Assembly (NCBI GenBank): GCA_014874175.1
Contig: JACWAD010000048.1
Coordinates: 61,222 to 125,221 of the forward strand
Direction of reading: 5' to 3'
Source of the DNA: Thermoleophilia bacterium
GTDB lineage: Bacteria; Actinomycetota; Thermoleophilia; BMS3ABIN01
DNA: 64,000 bases
Shown here: positions 38,062 through 48,151 of the stretch, in pieces
Layout of the letters: every line of letters begins with the position of its first letter
Position numbering within the stretch: position 1 is the stretch's first letter
Made by a program: the position numbers and the translations under genes
Notes under the pieces: model-generated
Database searches by the model: none
Told to the model about the DNA's origin: nothing
What the model saw: the letters and a program-made list of their open reading frames with translations, nothing else

Positions 38062-39909
38062 ATGACTGGTAAAGGAAAGGAAAAGTTTATTTTCTCGCCC
38101 CGCCCAAACCAGGCGGCGCAAATCAGGTGGCGAGGGTGGAGCAGCCAGGCGCTGCGGCTGTCTCGCGAGCAGGGAAAACCAATCTTGCTGGTGATATCGG
38201 CCTCGTGGTGCCACTGGTGCCATGTTATGGACGAAACCTGTTTTTCTGACCCGGAGGTGATACAGTTGATCAACAGCAGATTCATACCCGTGCGTGTTGA
38301 CAGCGGTAGGAGGCCTGATATTAACAGCCGCTACAATCAGAGCGGCTGGCCAACGCTGGCATTTCTTACCCATGAAGGCGAGGTAGTTGCGAGCACCACG
38401 TATATTCCAACTGAGCAATTGAAGCGGCTGTTGACTGATATTGCCGATCTTTGCGGATCCAGCGCCAACAAGGTTAAGGAGGCCGTCCGGGAGATCCAGC
38501 GCCTGCGCCAGGAGCGCCCGCAGGCGCGGCCGGAGGAGCCGGGCCCGCAAGTCATATCCGACGTGCTCGAGGTTATGCGGCCGGAGGAGCCGGGCCCGCA
38601 AGTCATATCCGACGTGCTCGAGGTTATCGGGGAAAGTTATGACCGGGAATATGGCGGATTTGGCTGGGAGTCAAAATTCCCGTACGCCGACGCACTTGCC
38701 TTCCTGCTGACGACGCTTGCGGACGGCTATTTAGAGGCTGTTGACAATATGTTAAGAACAACGCTTGACGCCATGTCTGCCGGCGGCATGTACGACCGCG
38801 TGGAAGGGGGCTTTTTCCGGTATTCAACTGCAAGGGACTGGTCAGTTCCTCATTATGAAAAAATGCTGGCAGACAACGCCGCCTTGATGGCTGTTTACGC
38901 TAACGCATTTCTTTTAACCGGTGAGGAGGGCTACAAAAGTGTGGCCAAGGACGTCTGCTCTTATTTGCGCGCGGTGCTGCTTGACCGGCAAACGGGCGCT
39001 TTTGCCGGCAGCCAGGATGCGGATGAGCATGAGCATTATTATTCACTTGGCGCCGCAAAGCGGGCGAATAACAAAGCGCCGCGGCTGGACCGCGCGGTTT
39101 ATACGGATCAGAATGCGGCGGCCGCTTCGGCCCTGCTTCGGATGTTCCAGATATTTGACGATCCGGAGTATCGCAGTATGGCCGCAGCAGCGCTTGATTT
39201 TGTCTGGTGGCGGCTCTGGGACAGCGAATCGGGACCAAGCCATTATTATGAAGACGCAAAACCACGCTTAAGCGGGCAACTGGCCGATGCTTCCTCCCTC
39301 CTGTCGGCCTGCATGGATTCTTTCTTATGAGAGCGGCGCCGGCGAACTCTGGCTGGACAGGGCCATCCAGGCCGCGAAATGGCTGCTGGCAAGCCTTGAG
39401 GACAAGGAGAGCGGCGGCTTTTTTGATTGCTATAAGCCATTGGGCAATACCGGACTTCTGTCCGAGCGGGACAAACCAATAACAGAAAACAGCAATGCGG
39501 CCTCTGCCCTTATCCGCCTGGCCCAGTCAACCAGCATGCCAGTTTTTGGCGAGGCAGCGCGCCGGGCGCTGGCTTTTTTTGGCTCTACTTACAAGGGAAA
39601 GGCATAATAGCCGCCGGATATGCGGCTGCTGTACAACGCCTTCTGGAGCCGCCAGTGCGGGTGACGATTGTTGGTCCGGAAAGTTCCAAATCAACCAGGA
39701 TGATGATCGGCGCGGCGCACCGGGCCCGCATCCCCTTCCGTTCAGTGGAAGTGCTTGATCCGCGAACGCATGCCGAGGACCTGGAAGCTTCAGGTTTCGG
39801 ATATGCCGGCGAACCGGTGGCTTACATCTGTATCGGAACAAGCTGCCAGGCACCGGTAACCGACCCTGTTGTTCTCCCGGAACGGCTGGAAGGGAGCCGG
39901 CACCGGTAG
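38062..39909 (+). pseudogene. yyaL: Thioredoxin-domain protein YyaL/DUF255 (SPATA20-like) interrupted by two frameshifts (near 39320 and 39595)
   Basis: Three consecutive ORFs in different frames (38062-39330, 39287-39607, 39655-39909) all matching one family: ASWCHWCHVMDETCF thioredoxin motif, GGFFD..., C-terminal ICIGTSCQAPVTDP. Confidence 0.65.
38527..38628 (+). repeat. Perfect in-frame 51-bp tandem duplication (RPEEPGPQVISDVLEVM/I x2) inside yyaL-like gene
   Basis: Two adjacent 51-nt copies differing at 1 nt. Confidence 0.85.
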
Positions 39910-40121
39910 CCGGTGTTCTTTCTACTACCATAAGGCTCAACTTTAGGCTTATCCTCCTTACGGGCGAATTTTTGCAATTTGCGCAATAAACTTTATTCTC
40001 TGGCTCTTTACCGGTCAGCACCATAGTTATAGCATTCAGAAATGCAGGAAAAAAGTCAAAAGACACGAAATGTTGTATATTCAAATTTATTAAGCCCAAT
40101 ATCTTGTTGACAGCAGGCTAT

Positions 40122-40568
40122 CTTGTGAAGTGCCCATTTTGTGAGTCTCAAGAAACGAAAGTAGTGGATTCCCGCGACAACGAAGTTCGGGATGCTATAC
40201 GGCGGCGGCGGGAGTGCCTTAATTGCGGGCGCCGCTTTACCACATACGAGCGGGTTGAAGAAATCCCCCTGTCTGTAATCAAGCGGGGAGGCGAGCGGGA
40301 AGTATTTTCCCGCTCCAAGCTTCTGGAAGGGTTGATGAGGGCCTGCGAAAAACGCCCCGTTGAGGCCGGCATGCTGGAGAAATTCGTTGACGCAATTGAA
40401 GCTGACTTGCGCAATGAATTCAAGACCGAAGTGCCTTCCGCAGAGATTGGAGAAAGAACTTTGGCGAAATTAAAAAATCAGGACAAGGTCGCATATGTGC
40501 GTTTTGCATCGGTATACCGGCATTTTGAGAACGTGGAAGAGTTTCAGAAGGAGCTCTTGGAATTGTGA
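40122..40568 (+). CDS. nrdR: Transcriptional repressor NrdR
   Basis: GTG start MKCPFCESQETKVVDSRD... zinc ribbon + ATP-cone; supplied ORF starts 18 nt earlier at TTG. Confidence 0.9.
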   Translation, partial: LVKCPFCESQETKVVDSRDNEVRDAIRRRRECLNCGRRFTTYERVEEIPLSVIKRGGEREVFSRSKLLEGLMRACEKRPVEAGMLEKFVDAIEADLRNEFKTEVPSAEIGERTLAKLKNQDKVAYVRFASVYRHFENVEEFQKELLEL

Positions 40569-40676
40569 CATAATCATGATTCCGTGGTGGGGACCCATGG
40601 AAGCAGCCGCGCCGCGCCTTCCGTCCGGCGGGCGGCATATAATATTTCACCGGCGGTAGCTGAAAGGGGAAGAAAA

Positions 40677-42962
40677 ATGTTAGTCAACCAGCGTCAAGGA
40701 GTTGCCGGCAAGGGTCCCCGCGTCTCTGCCCTGCCACTTCAGCCCCAGCTTTCTCCAAACGCGGTAAAAGTACTGGAAAAACGGTATTTGAAGAAGGATG
40801 AGGAAGGCAGGCCCATTGAGACTCCGGCGGAGATGTTCCGGCGCGTGGCGCGCACCATCGCCGGGGCCGATCTGCTTCACAATCCGGATGCTGACGTGGA
40901 GGCCGCCGAGGAGGAATTTTACCGCATGATGACCAGGCTGGAATTTCTTCCCAACTCGCCCACCCTGATGAACGCCGGCCGGGAGCTGGGCCAGCTGTCC
41001 GCCTGTTTTGTACTGCCTGTTGGCGATTCCATGGAAAGCATTTTCACTGCTATCAAGCATACCGCCCTGATTCACAAAAGCGGCGGCGGCACCGGCTTCT
41101 CGTTTTCCCGCATCCGGCCCAGCAAAGATGTGGTGCTGTCAACTAAAGGAGTCTCTAGCGGACCAATCTCTTTTATGACGGTCTTCGATGCCGCCACAGA
41201 GACCATCAAGCAGGGCGGCACCCGCCGCGGCGCCAACATGGGCATTCTGCGTGTGGATCATCCTGACATCCTCGGTTTCATCACGGCCAAGCAAAGCAAT
41301 GACCGTCTTAACAATTTCAATATCTCAGTGGCCCTGACCGAGAATTTTATGGAGGCGGTGGAGCTTGACAGCGAGTATGACCTCATCAACCCGCGCACAG
41401 GCGAGAAAGCAAATACGCTCAAGGCGCGGCGGGTCTTTGAAATGATCGTAAATATGGCCTGGAAAAATGGCGACCCGGGCATCATTTTCATTGACCGGGT
41501 AAACCGCGACAATCCTACACCCCACATAGGTGAGATTGAGAGCACCAATCCCTGCGGCGAGCAGCCTCTGCTGCCTTATGAATCTTGCAATCTGGGCTCG
41601 ATTAACCTCGCCCGGGTAGTTGATTCATCAGGTGAGGTTGACTACGGACATCTGGGCCGTCTCGTGGATAGCGCTGTGCATTTCCTGGACAATGTCATTG
41701 ATGTCAACAAATATCCGCTCGCTGAGATCGAGAAGATGACCAGGGGAAACCGCAAGATCGGCCTGGGACTAATGGGGTTTGCCGACATGCTCATTGAACT
41801 CGGCATTCCCTACAGCTCGGACCAGGCAGTGGAGGTGGCGGAGGAGGTCATGGCTTTTATCCAGGAGGAGGCGCGCAAGAGCTCGGAGCGCCTGGCGCGC
41901 GAACGGGGAGCTTTCCCTAACTTCAGCGGCAGCGTTTTTAGTTCCAATGGCAGGCCCGAAGTGCGCAACGCCACCACTACCACAATTGCTCCCACGGGCA
42001 CGCTCAGCATTATCGCGGGCTGCTCAAGCGGCATTGAGCCCCTGTTTGCCGTTTCCTATATCAGGAACGTGCTTGATAACACGGAAATGGTTGAGGTGCA
42101 TCGCGCTTTTGAACAGGCGGCAAAGGACGGCGGTTTTTACAATGAAGAATTAATGAAAGAGATCGCAAGGAAAGGCAGCATCCAGGATTTGCCTGAGGTT
42201 CCGGACGAAATCAAGTCATTATTTGTGACTGCTCATGACGTTACCCCCGAATGGCACGTTCGCATGCAGGCGGCTTTTCAGAAGTACACTGACAATGCTG
42301 TTTCAAAAACGGTGAATTTTGCCCACGGCGCCACAACTGCAGACGTTGAACAGGTTTACAAACTTGCCTACAGGACCGGTTGCAAGGGGGTCACCATCTA
42401 CAGGGACGGCAGCCGCGAGGTGCAGGTGCTAAATATCGGCGGAGTTAAGGGGAAAGAGGCGGTGGCTGTGCCAGGGCAGGTTAAGCCGCGGCCCCGCCCC
42501 GGTTTTATAACGGGCGGTACCCATAAACTCGCTTCCGGTTGTGGCAACATCTACGTAACCATCAACCAAGATGAGCACGGCTTGTTTGAGGTCTTCTCTT
42601 CCATGGGGCTGGCCGGCGGCTGCAAGGGGGCCCAGTCGGAGGCGATCGCCAGGCTGATATCTCTGGCTCTCAGATCAGGAGTTGCCGTTGATGCGGTGAT
42701 AAAGTCCGTCAAGGGAATTCGCTGTCCGACACCTGGGTTCGGCGAGGGGGTCAAGGTAAATTCTTGCCCGGACGCGATCGCGCAGGCCCTGCTGGCGCAT
42801 TTGAAAAAAATGCCGCATCTGGCAGACGGCGCAGTGGCGGGATTGCCATCATCAGCCGAGTTGGCCCACTGCCCTGAGTGCCCCGAATGCGGCAGCACAG
42901 GCCTCGAGTTTGGTGAAGGGTGTGTTTTTTGCCGTTCCTGTGGATTTTCACGCTGCGGCTAG
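40677..42962 (+). CDS. nrdJ: Adenosylcobalamin-dependent ribonucleoside-diphosphate reductase (class II, NrdJ) with C-terminal zinc ribbon
   Basis: [37 protein letters not shown] active-site region, C-terminal CPECPECGS...CVFCRSCG; ATG at 40677 after AAAGGGGA. Confidence 0.9.
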   Translation: MLVNQRQGVAGKGPRVSALPLQPQLSPNAVKVLEKRYLKKDEEGRPIETPAEMFRRVARTIAGADLLHNPDADVEAAEEEFYRMMTRLEFLPNSPTLMNAGRELGQLSACFVLPVGDSMESIFTAIKHTALIHKSGGGTGFSFSRIRPSKDVVLSTKGVSSGPISFMTVFDAATETIKQGGTRRGANMGILRVDHPDILGFITAKQSNDRLNNFNISVALTENFMEAVELDSEYDLINPRTGEKANTLKARRVFEMIVNMAWKNGDPGIIFIDRVNRDNPTPHIGEIESTNPCGEQPLLPYESCNLGSINLARVVDSSGEVDYGHLGRLVDSAVHFLDNVIDVNKYPLAEIEKMTRGNRKIGLGLMGFADMLIELGIPYSSDQAVEVAEEVMAFIQEEARKSSERLARERGAFPNFSGSVFSSNGRPEVRNATTTTIAPTGTLSIIAGCSSGIEPLFAVSYIRNVLDNTEMVEVHRAFEQAAKDGGFYNEELMKEIARKGSIQDLPEVPDEIKSLFVTAHDVTPEWHVRMQAAFQKYTDNAVSKTVNFAHGATTADVEQVYKLAYRTGCKGVTIYRDGSREVQVLNIGGVKGKEAVAVPGQVKPRPRPGFITGGTHKLASGCGNIYVTINQDEHGLFEVFSSMGLAGGCKGAQSEAIARLISLALRSGVAVDAVIKSVKGIRCPTPGFGEGVKVNSCPDAIAQALLAHLKKMPHLADGAVAGLPSSAELAHCPECPECGSTGLEFGEGCVFCRSCGFSRCG

Positions 42963-42973
42963 AACAAGCCCGG

Positions 42974-43016
42974 TTTAACCAGGAGTTTAACCAGGAGTTT
43001 AGCTATGATTATAGCT
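42974..43016. repeat. 12-nt tandem repeat TTTAACCAGGAG x2.3 followed by 16-bp palindrome AGCTATGATTATAGCT downstream of nrdJ
   Basis: Read directly from sequence. Confidence 0.5.
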
Positions 43017-43131
43017 GGGATTTAGCCGGGCTTTGGCTCTAAAATTGCAGACGGCCCTTACCGCTCTCGAAGGAAAAGGGTTCAGAAGAGAGTAATAAGA
43101 AGTTGTTTAGCTGAACAGGTTTTTTGCTCGA

Positions 43132-44139
43132 ATGGCCAGTGGGGACGAAATGCGCTCAACAGATCACCGGCGCCTGGCAGCAAAAGCTGCTGGTGCGGGT
43201 TGCCGGCGGCTAAACGCGAAAAGAAGCCGCTCCTCAAGAAACCCTTTCAAGAGACAGCCGGCCACAGGCAGGTTGAAATCCCTTGCCCACCACGCCGGGA
43301 TCGGCGGCAGTCCCAAAGTCCGCCGCATAAAGGTACTGCTCGTCATCAGCGCTGCATTTTTCTTTCTCTGGGTCGGGCTTAAGGCAATGGACCAGGCAGA
43401 CCTCTGGCCCCTTCTGGCTGCGCCGATTTTGTTGTCGGCCTGGTTTTTCTATGAGGCGGGCGTGCTGGTGGCGGTGGTTTTAGCCGCGCTCCTCCTCGTG
43501 CAGACGTCTTTTGAAAAAAGCCCCGCGCTGATCATCGCCCTGGCAACCTTTACCGCCACCGGCATAGGACTGGGATGGGGCCAGCGGCAGCAAAAGCTTG
43601 CGCACCGGCACACTCTTCGCTCATCAATAACAGATTCCCTTACCGGCCTTTACAATTACGGGCATTTTATGCAGTGCCTTGACCGCGAGATTCACCGGGC
43701 AGGAAGGTATGGCGGCGCTGTTACGCTTGTCATGTTTGATGTTGATCATTTCAAGCAGTTTAACGATCGTTTCGGACACCAGGCCGGCAATGATGCTTTA
43801 AGGGCCGTCGCCGACATTCTGAGGAGCGAGAAGCGGGAATCTGATATTGCCGCCCGGTTTGGCGGGGAAGAGTTCGTGCTGCTGATTCCGGGCGACGAGT
43901 CGGCGGGCATCGAGACAGCCGGGCGTCTGCGCCGGGCAATATCCCAGACAATAGTGCCTGTTGGCGGCGGGGCTTCCAGCGGGATTACCGTCAGCGCCGG
44001 CGTGGCCAGCTATCCCCTGGGAGCGTCATCCCGTGAAGAGCTGCTTGACAGGGTTGACCAGCTTCTCTACGTTTCAAAAAATGCCGGCCGCAACAGGGTA
44101 AGCATAGCCCATAACAGGCAGCGCCTTGCGGTTTCCTGA
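43132..44139 (+). CDS. Membrane-anchored GGDEF-domain diguanylate cyclase
   Basis: LTGLYNYGHF ... RFGGEEFVLL active site (GGEEF), N-terminal TM helices; start codon uncertain (43132/43150). Confidence 0.85.
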   Translation: MASGDEMRSTDHRRLAAKAAGAGCRRLNAKRSRSSRNPFKRQPATGRLKSLAHHAGIGGSPKVRRIKVLLVISAAFFFLWVGLKAMDQADLWPLLAAPILLSAWFFYEAGVLVAVVLAALLLVQTSFEKSPALIIALATFTATGIGLGWGQRQQKLAHRHTLRSSITDSLTGLYNYGHFMQCLDREIHRAGRYGGAVTLVMFDVDHFKQFNDRFGHQAGNDALRAVADILRSEKRESDIAARFGGEEFVLLIPGDESAGIETAGRLRRAISQTIVPVGGGASSGITVSAGVASYPLGASSREELLDRVDQLLYVSKNAGRNRVSIAHNRQRLAVS

Positions 44140-44195
44140 AGTGCCGGCCTCAGCTTCCCTGCCGGCGTTTGAGAGCTAATGCTTTTTGTTAGGTA

Positions 44196-44453
44196 ATGGT
44201 CAAATTAAAAACAGAGAGCATCAAGGCAAGAATTGAAACTGACCGCCACGTCATCGTCGGCACGGTGCATCCGCCTTCAATAGCCTACCGCAGCCGCCTC
44301 TCCGATCTGATCAATCAAAAGGACATCTCTTTTCTTTCGGTTACCGGAGCCGATATTTACGGGGCCGGCCAGCTCGAAGCGCCGATCATTTCCGCCGCTT
44401 TTCTGGCTGTGAACTTGAGAAAGGTCGAAATGATTACACCGGTTGAAGAATAA
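44196..44453 (+). CDS. Small hypothetical protein (85 aa) directly downstream of diguanylate cyclase
   Basis: ORF with no competing frame, 56 nt after DGC stop; no family recognised. Confidence 0.35.
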   Translation: MVKLKTESIKARIETDRHVIVGTVHPPSIAYRSRLSDLINQKDISFLSVTGADIYGAGQLEAPIISAAFLAVNLRKVEMITPVEE

Positions 44454-44553
44454 TAATGCACACCGCGGGGTTATTCGAAAAAATGATTATCCTGTTTGGT
44501 CAGGACAAGCGGGGAAATAAATAGTCGCGAGGCTGTCAATCAGTTTTGGAAAT

Positions 44554-45120
44554 TTAGAAAATGAAGATGCTGATTGACGGGAGAGGCCGCTGGGCCAGAG
44601 CCTGCGGATGCAAAAGCAGGAATGCCACGTAGGCCAGGAAGGCAATCTCGACGGCAGTCAGCGCGGCCGTCAGCCAGATGAGGAAACGGGCGGCGCCGGT
44701 CCTGGTTGACCCGCGTGAAAGCCTCTTTTTTTCCAGGCGGCTTGCAGCCAGGTAGCCGATATGAATTACCCCAAATGCGAATCCTCCGTAGAATAATTGC
44801 CAGCCGGGCCCGCCAAAACCCAGCAGCAGATAGTAGTAAAAGATCTCGGTAAGCAGAAGGAAAAAATTGACACGGTAGCCTGCCTCTACCATGGCCTCAA
44901 ATGTGACCGCTGGCGCTTCTTGCCGCAGGCGCTGGCGCTCCTGCCCCAGGTCTTTTAAGGCGCGTGGGGCCAGTCCCAGCGTCAGGGCGCTGATTGCCAG
45001 CATGTAAAACGTGTAGATAAACAAGAAAATTCGCAATTTTTTTGGCTGTATCTTTCCCAGTGCCGAAGCCAGGGCCAGTTCATCAGGCTGCGCCGTGTTT
45101 ACGCGAGTGGCATCTGTCAA
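44554..45120 (-). CDS. Hypothetical integral membrane protein (4-5 TM), downstream partner of 45117-45761
   Basis: 188 aa hydrophobic ORF, start overlaps upstream gene stop (ATGA). Confidence 0.45.
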   Translation of the reverse strand: MTDATRVNTAQPDELALASALGKIQPKKLRIFLFIYTFYMLAISALTLGLAPRALKDLGQERQRLRQEAPAVTFEAMVEAGYRVNFFLLLTEIFYYYLLLGFGGPGWQLFYGGFAFGVIHIGYLAASRLEKKRLSRGSTRTGAARFLIWLTAALTAVEIAFLAYVAFLLLHPQALAQRPLPSISIFIF

Positions 45121-45761
45121 TGCGTTTTTCTATCTGCATTTTTCTCTGTCATGAACCGTTGATAAAGCAAGTCTGCATTTGCCAGGATGAAAGACACAGA
45201 AAGCAGCGGCAGCGCGGGCACACCTTTGCCTAAAGCTACACCCGCGATCATGGTGCCGACGAATGAAGCCGCCATTGTCAGCACAGTAATAGTACGGCGC
45301 AGCCTGTACGTCAAGGCGGCGGCAGTGAAGAGGGAAAAAAAGATCATGTCACTAATGCCCAGCCTCGAGACGGCCGGCTCGCCGAACACGGGCAGATTGA
45401 TGGTCAGGTAATTTATCCAGTTACTGCTACTCTCAACAAGCTTTTTTGTCGGCCCCAGAAAAACGCTGTAAAAATCAACAATTATAATCAGCCCGCTGAT
45501 CAGCAGGACCTGGCTGATAGAAGTTAGCATTAGCCCGATCCACAAACCGGTGCAGACGGCAAAAACGAGCTTGGCAAGCATTTCAGCCGTCCCCCAGCCG
45601 GCGGCAGTCGCTCCCGCAGAAGCAAGGCCGGCCAGGAGGGCCAAAAGCAGCAGCCGGTGTCCCAGGCTTGCCAGGAAGGACAGGCTGGAGGACAAGCCGC
45701 ATGCAATCAGCAAACCCAGCGCAAAGACGAGCACCAGGCCGGTGTCGCCATCGGCCGCCAC
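45117..45761 (-). CDS. Polytopic membrane protein; candidate presenilin/signal-peptide-peptidase-like (A22) intramembrane aspartyl protease
   Basis: 214 aa, ~7 TM; ordered motifs D (IIIVDFYSVF), G-x-x-D (RLGISDMIFF) and PAL (GKGVPALPLL) with presenilin-like spacing. Confidence 0.45.
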   Translation of the reverse strand: MAADGDTGLVLVFALGLLIACGLSSSLSFLASLGHRLLLLALLAGLASAGATAAGWGTAEMLAKLVFAVCTGLWIGLMLTSISQVLLISGLIIIVDFYSVFLGPTKKLVESSSNWINYLTINLPVFGEPAVSRLGISDMIFFSLFTAAALTYRLRRTITVLTMAASFVGTMIAGVALGKGVPALPLLSVSFILANADLLYQRFMTEKNADRKTH

Positions 45762-45911
45762 CGTTCCCGTCCTCGTCAGGATAAGGTCGGCGGCTGCAGA
45801 TAGAATAATTAGGCAGACGAACAGGAGTGCAGTGGCCAGCTCCTTTTTTAAATCGAGGTTTGCCTTTCGGATCGTGCTTCCTTCCGGATTGGCCTGGGGG
45901 CGGGAATTCGC

Positions 45912-46517
45912 CTAATACGGCGGGAGCGATTCGTACCACTCGCCGAGAACCTTGAAGGCCTTCCAAAAGCTTGTTTTCTGGCGCTGGCCGCTTAAGGAGG
46001 AGTCAATTTCCGGAGTGACCAGAACTTCAGAAGTCGGAGTAAGCGGCTGAATTTTGCCCGGACTGAATTCAATTTCCTGCGCCAATGGAAAATTCAACCG
46101 GTTGAACGCCGCTACCGCCTTCTCACCCATGACCACCACCAGCTTTGGCTGGACGATCATCAATTCCCTGACCAGGTAAAGCGGGCAATGCGCAAGCGCC
46201 TTTTCTTCCGGCACGCCGGCGCATTTGATGATGTCGGTGCCGTAAAGAATCAGTGAGTCGATGCCAAGTTTCTGGCAGCTTTTCATTATCGCTTCGCCAG
46301 AGCGGCCGAAAAAAGCCACCCCTTCGGATGTTTCACTTGGTATGGGGCGGTACTTAACGAGGAAAATATCCGCAAGAGGATGGCCGGACCCAATCACCGG
46401 CACCTCCGGGCCATGAGCGCATTTCTGGCAATGAGTCAGCTCGCGGCAAAGTTCATTGATTTCGGAGATGGCGCGGGAAAGCTGCTTGTCATACAAATTG
46501 TCTTCTGGTCTTGACAA
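45912..46517 (-). CDS. Uracil-DNA glycosylase, family 4 (Fe-S type)
   Basis: CQKCAHGPEVPV ... GEAIMKSCQKLGID...; 201 aa. Confidence 0.75.
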   Translation of the reverse strand: MSRPEDNLYDKQLSRAISEINELCRELTHCQKCAHGPEVPVIGSGHPLADIFLVKYRPIPSETSEGVAFFGRSGEAIMKSCQKLGIDSLILYGTDIIKCAGVPEEKALAHCPLYLVRELMIVQPKLVVVMGEKAVAAFNRLNFPLAQEIEFSPGKIQPLTPTSEVLVTPEIDSSLSGQRQKTSFWKAFKVLGEWYESLPPY

Positions 46518-46714
46518 ACCGAACCTCGATTAAAGTCTGGGGAACACTCCCACAAGGCTTAATCGCCCCAGGAATTGTGCGCAGGGCTTTCTGCCCCCAA
46601 CATGTCGGTGTGCGCAAAGCTGAAACAAGGCTTGCGGCGCCATGCCCCGGCAAGGTAGTTATTTGCCGCTTGCAGGGGGAATCCTTCCATTTCTCCTTCT
46701 TTACGCCGCGCAAT

Positions 46715-48079
46715 TCATGATCTGTCAAATCTGGCGACCGCCTCAATGTGTGGCGTGTTCGGAAACATGTCAACGGCGCCCACGCGCGCCAGCCTGTAGC
46801 CGCCTTCGGCAAGCCGGGCGGCGCCCGCTGCCATGGTGGCAGCGTTGCATGAGACGTAGATAATCCTCGCTGCCCCCAGTTTTATTATGCGATCAATCTC
46901 TTTTTTGCTGGCGCCCGCCCGGGGAGGATCAAGCACAATCAGATCCGGCGGGTCTTCCCCTATTAGCCCGTTTTCAAGTATTTGCCTGAGAACGCGCCTT
47001 GCCTTGCCAGCCTCAAAAGAAGCATTGCCCATTCCGTTCAGCCGGGCATTTTCCACGGCCTCCAGGCTGGCCTGCTCATTAATCTCTATGCCATAGGCGC
47101 GGCGGCAGCGTCCGGCCAGCAGAAGGGTAATTGAGCCGATACCTGAGTAAAGATCAAAGGCTAGCTCATCAGCCGCGGGATTTGCATAATCGAGCACCTT
47201 CCTGTAGAGGCGCTCGGCCATTTTCGTATTTGTTTGCATAAATGACGGCGGCGAAACTTTCAACTTCAGGCCGCACATTTCCTCGTAGATGTGGCCGCGC
47301 CCGGCCAGGATTTTGAATGGAAGGCCTGTAGCAACCTGGGCGCTAGTGGCGTTGAAGCTTAAGGCCAGCGACTTCACTTGTGGGAAAGCGCCCAGAAGCC
47401 CGGCTGTGAACTTCTCCTCATCAGGAAACTGGCCCGGTGCGGTCACCACATTTACCATTATCTCTCCGGTGTTTATTGCCTCGCGCAAGACGAGGTGGCG
47501 CCAAAACCCGGCGCCGCTTTCCTGGTCATAAGCCCGCGCGCCGCGTGAGCGGGCAAAATCGCGAATGTAGTTGCGGATCCTGTTGGTTAGCGGCGAATGG
47601 AGGAGGCAGTCCTCGACATTGAAGACGCGGCGCCACTGCCCCGGCAGGTGAAATCCCAGAATGGTTCCATTACCATCATCGGCAAAAGAGAATTCCACCT
47701 TGTTGCGGTAACGCCAAAGCCCGGCAGCGGCGACGGGCTCGTCATTCCTTACAGCAGGCAGCCCGCCAATATGCGACAGGCACTCGGCGACCTGGCGCTG
47801 CTTGAACTCAAGCTGCGCTTTGTATGTGAGGGTTTGCCAGGCGCATCCGCCACATGCATCGGCGTGCCGGCAAGCGGGAGGGATTCTGGAGTTTGAAGAA
47901 TCAAGCAGCTCAACAATTCTGGCTTCGGCAAATGAGCGCCTGGTCCTGGTCACTCTGGCGCGAACCAGATCTCCCGGCAGGGCGCCATCAACAAAGATGA
48001 CAAATCCGTCCAGGCGGGCTACGCCCTTGCCGCCGAAGGCGAGGTTATCGATTTTTAAAACCAGCTCGTCTGCAGGCAT
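46715..48079 (-). CDS. rlmD: 23S rRNA (uracil-5-)-methyltransferase RlmD/RumA (TRAM + SAM MTase, 4Fe-4S)
   Basis: TRAM domain N-terminus, Cys cluster CRHADACGGCAWQ, SAM motif LDLYSGIGSITL, DPPRAG, catalytic CN. Confidence 0.88.
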   Translation of the reverse strand: MPADELVLKIDNLAFGGKGVARLDGFVIFVDGALPGDLVRARVTRTRRSFAEARIVELLDSSNSRIPPACRHADACGGCAWQTLTYKAQLEFKQRQVAECLSHIGGLPAVRNDEPVAAAGLWRYRNKVEFSFADDGNGTILGFHLPGQWRRVFNVEDCLLHSPLTNRIRNYIRDFARSRGARAYDQESGAGFWRHLVLREAINTGEIMVNVVTAPGQFPDEEKFTAGLLGAFPQVKSLALSFNATSAQVATGLPFKILAGRGHIYEEMCGLKLKVSPPSFMQTNTKMAERLYRKVLDYANPAADELAFDLYSGIGSITLLLAGRCRRAYGIEINEQASLEAVENARLNGMGNASFEAGKARRVLRQILENGLIGEDPPDLIVLDPPRAGASKKEIDRIIKLGAARIIYVSCNAATMAAGAARLAEGGYRLARVGAVDMFPNTPHIEAVARFDRS

Positions 48080-48151
48080 CTTTTTTGTTCTCCCTTTTTA
48101 TAATTTACTATATTTGCAGGGAAAAGGTTTGCCGGTGAAGTGGACTTAAAA

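Noticed and set aside
36376-38601. Supplied 741-aa minus-strand ORF implying a giant MnmE with a 283-aa N-terminal extension
   Set aside because: The extension is Arg/Leu-rich low complexity, has no homology to MnmE, and is antisense to the yyaL-like thioredoxin gene. The canonical MnmE N-terminus MRNYPTIAAIST begins at the internal ATG 37752.
40104-40121. TTG start for nrdR (supplied ORF MLTAGYLVKCPFC)
   Set aside because: NrdR proteins begin M-K/R-C-P-F-C. The GTG at 40122 gives MKCPFCE, and the upstream TTGACA is more plausibly a promoter hexamer.
43132-43386. Whether the Arg-rich first 85 residues of the GGDEF protein are coding
   Set aside because: Not fully rejected. The TM helix IKVLLVISAAFFFLWVGL lies in this segment and argues that at least part is real, so the gene is kept at 43132 with the start flagged uncertain.
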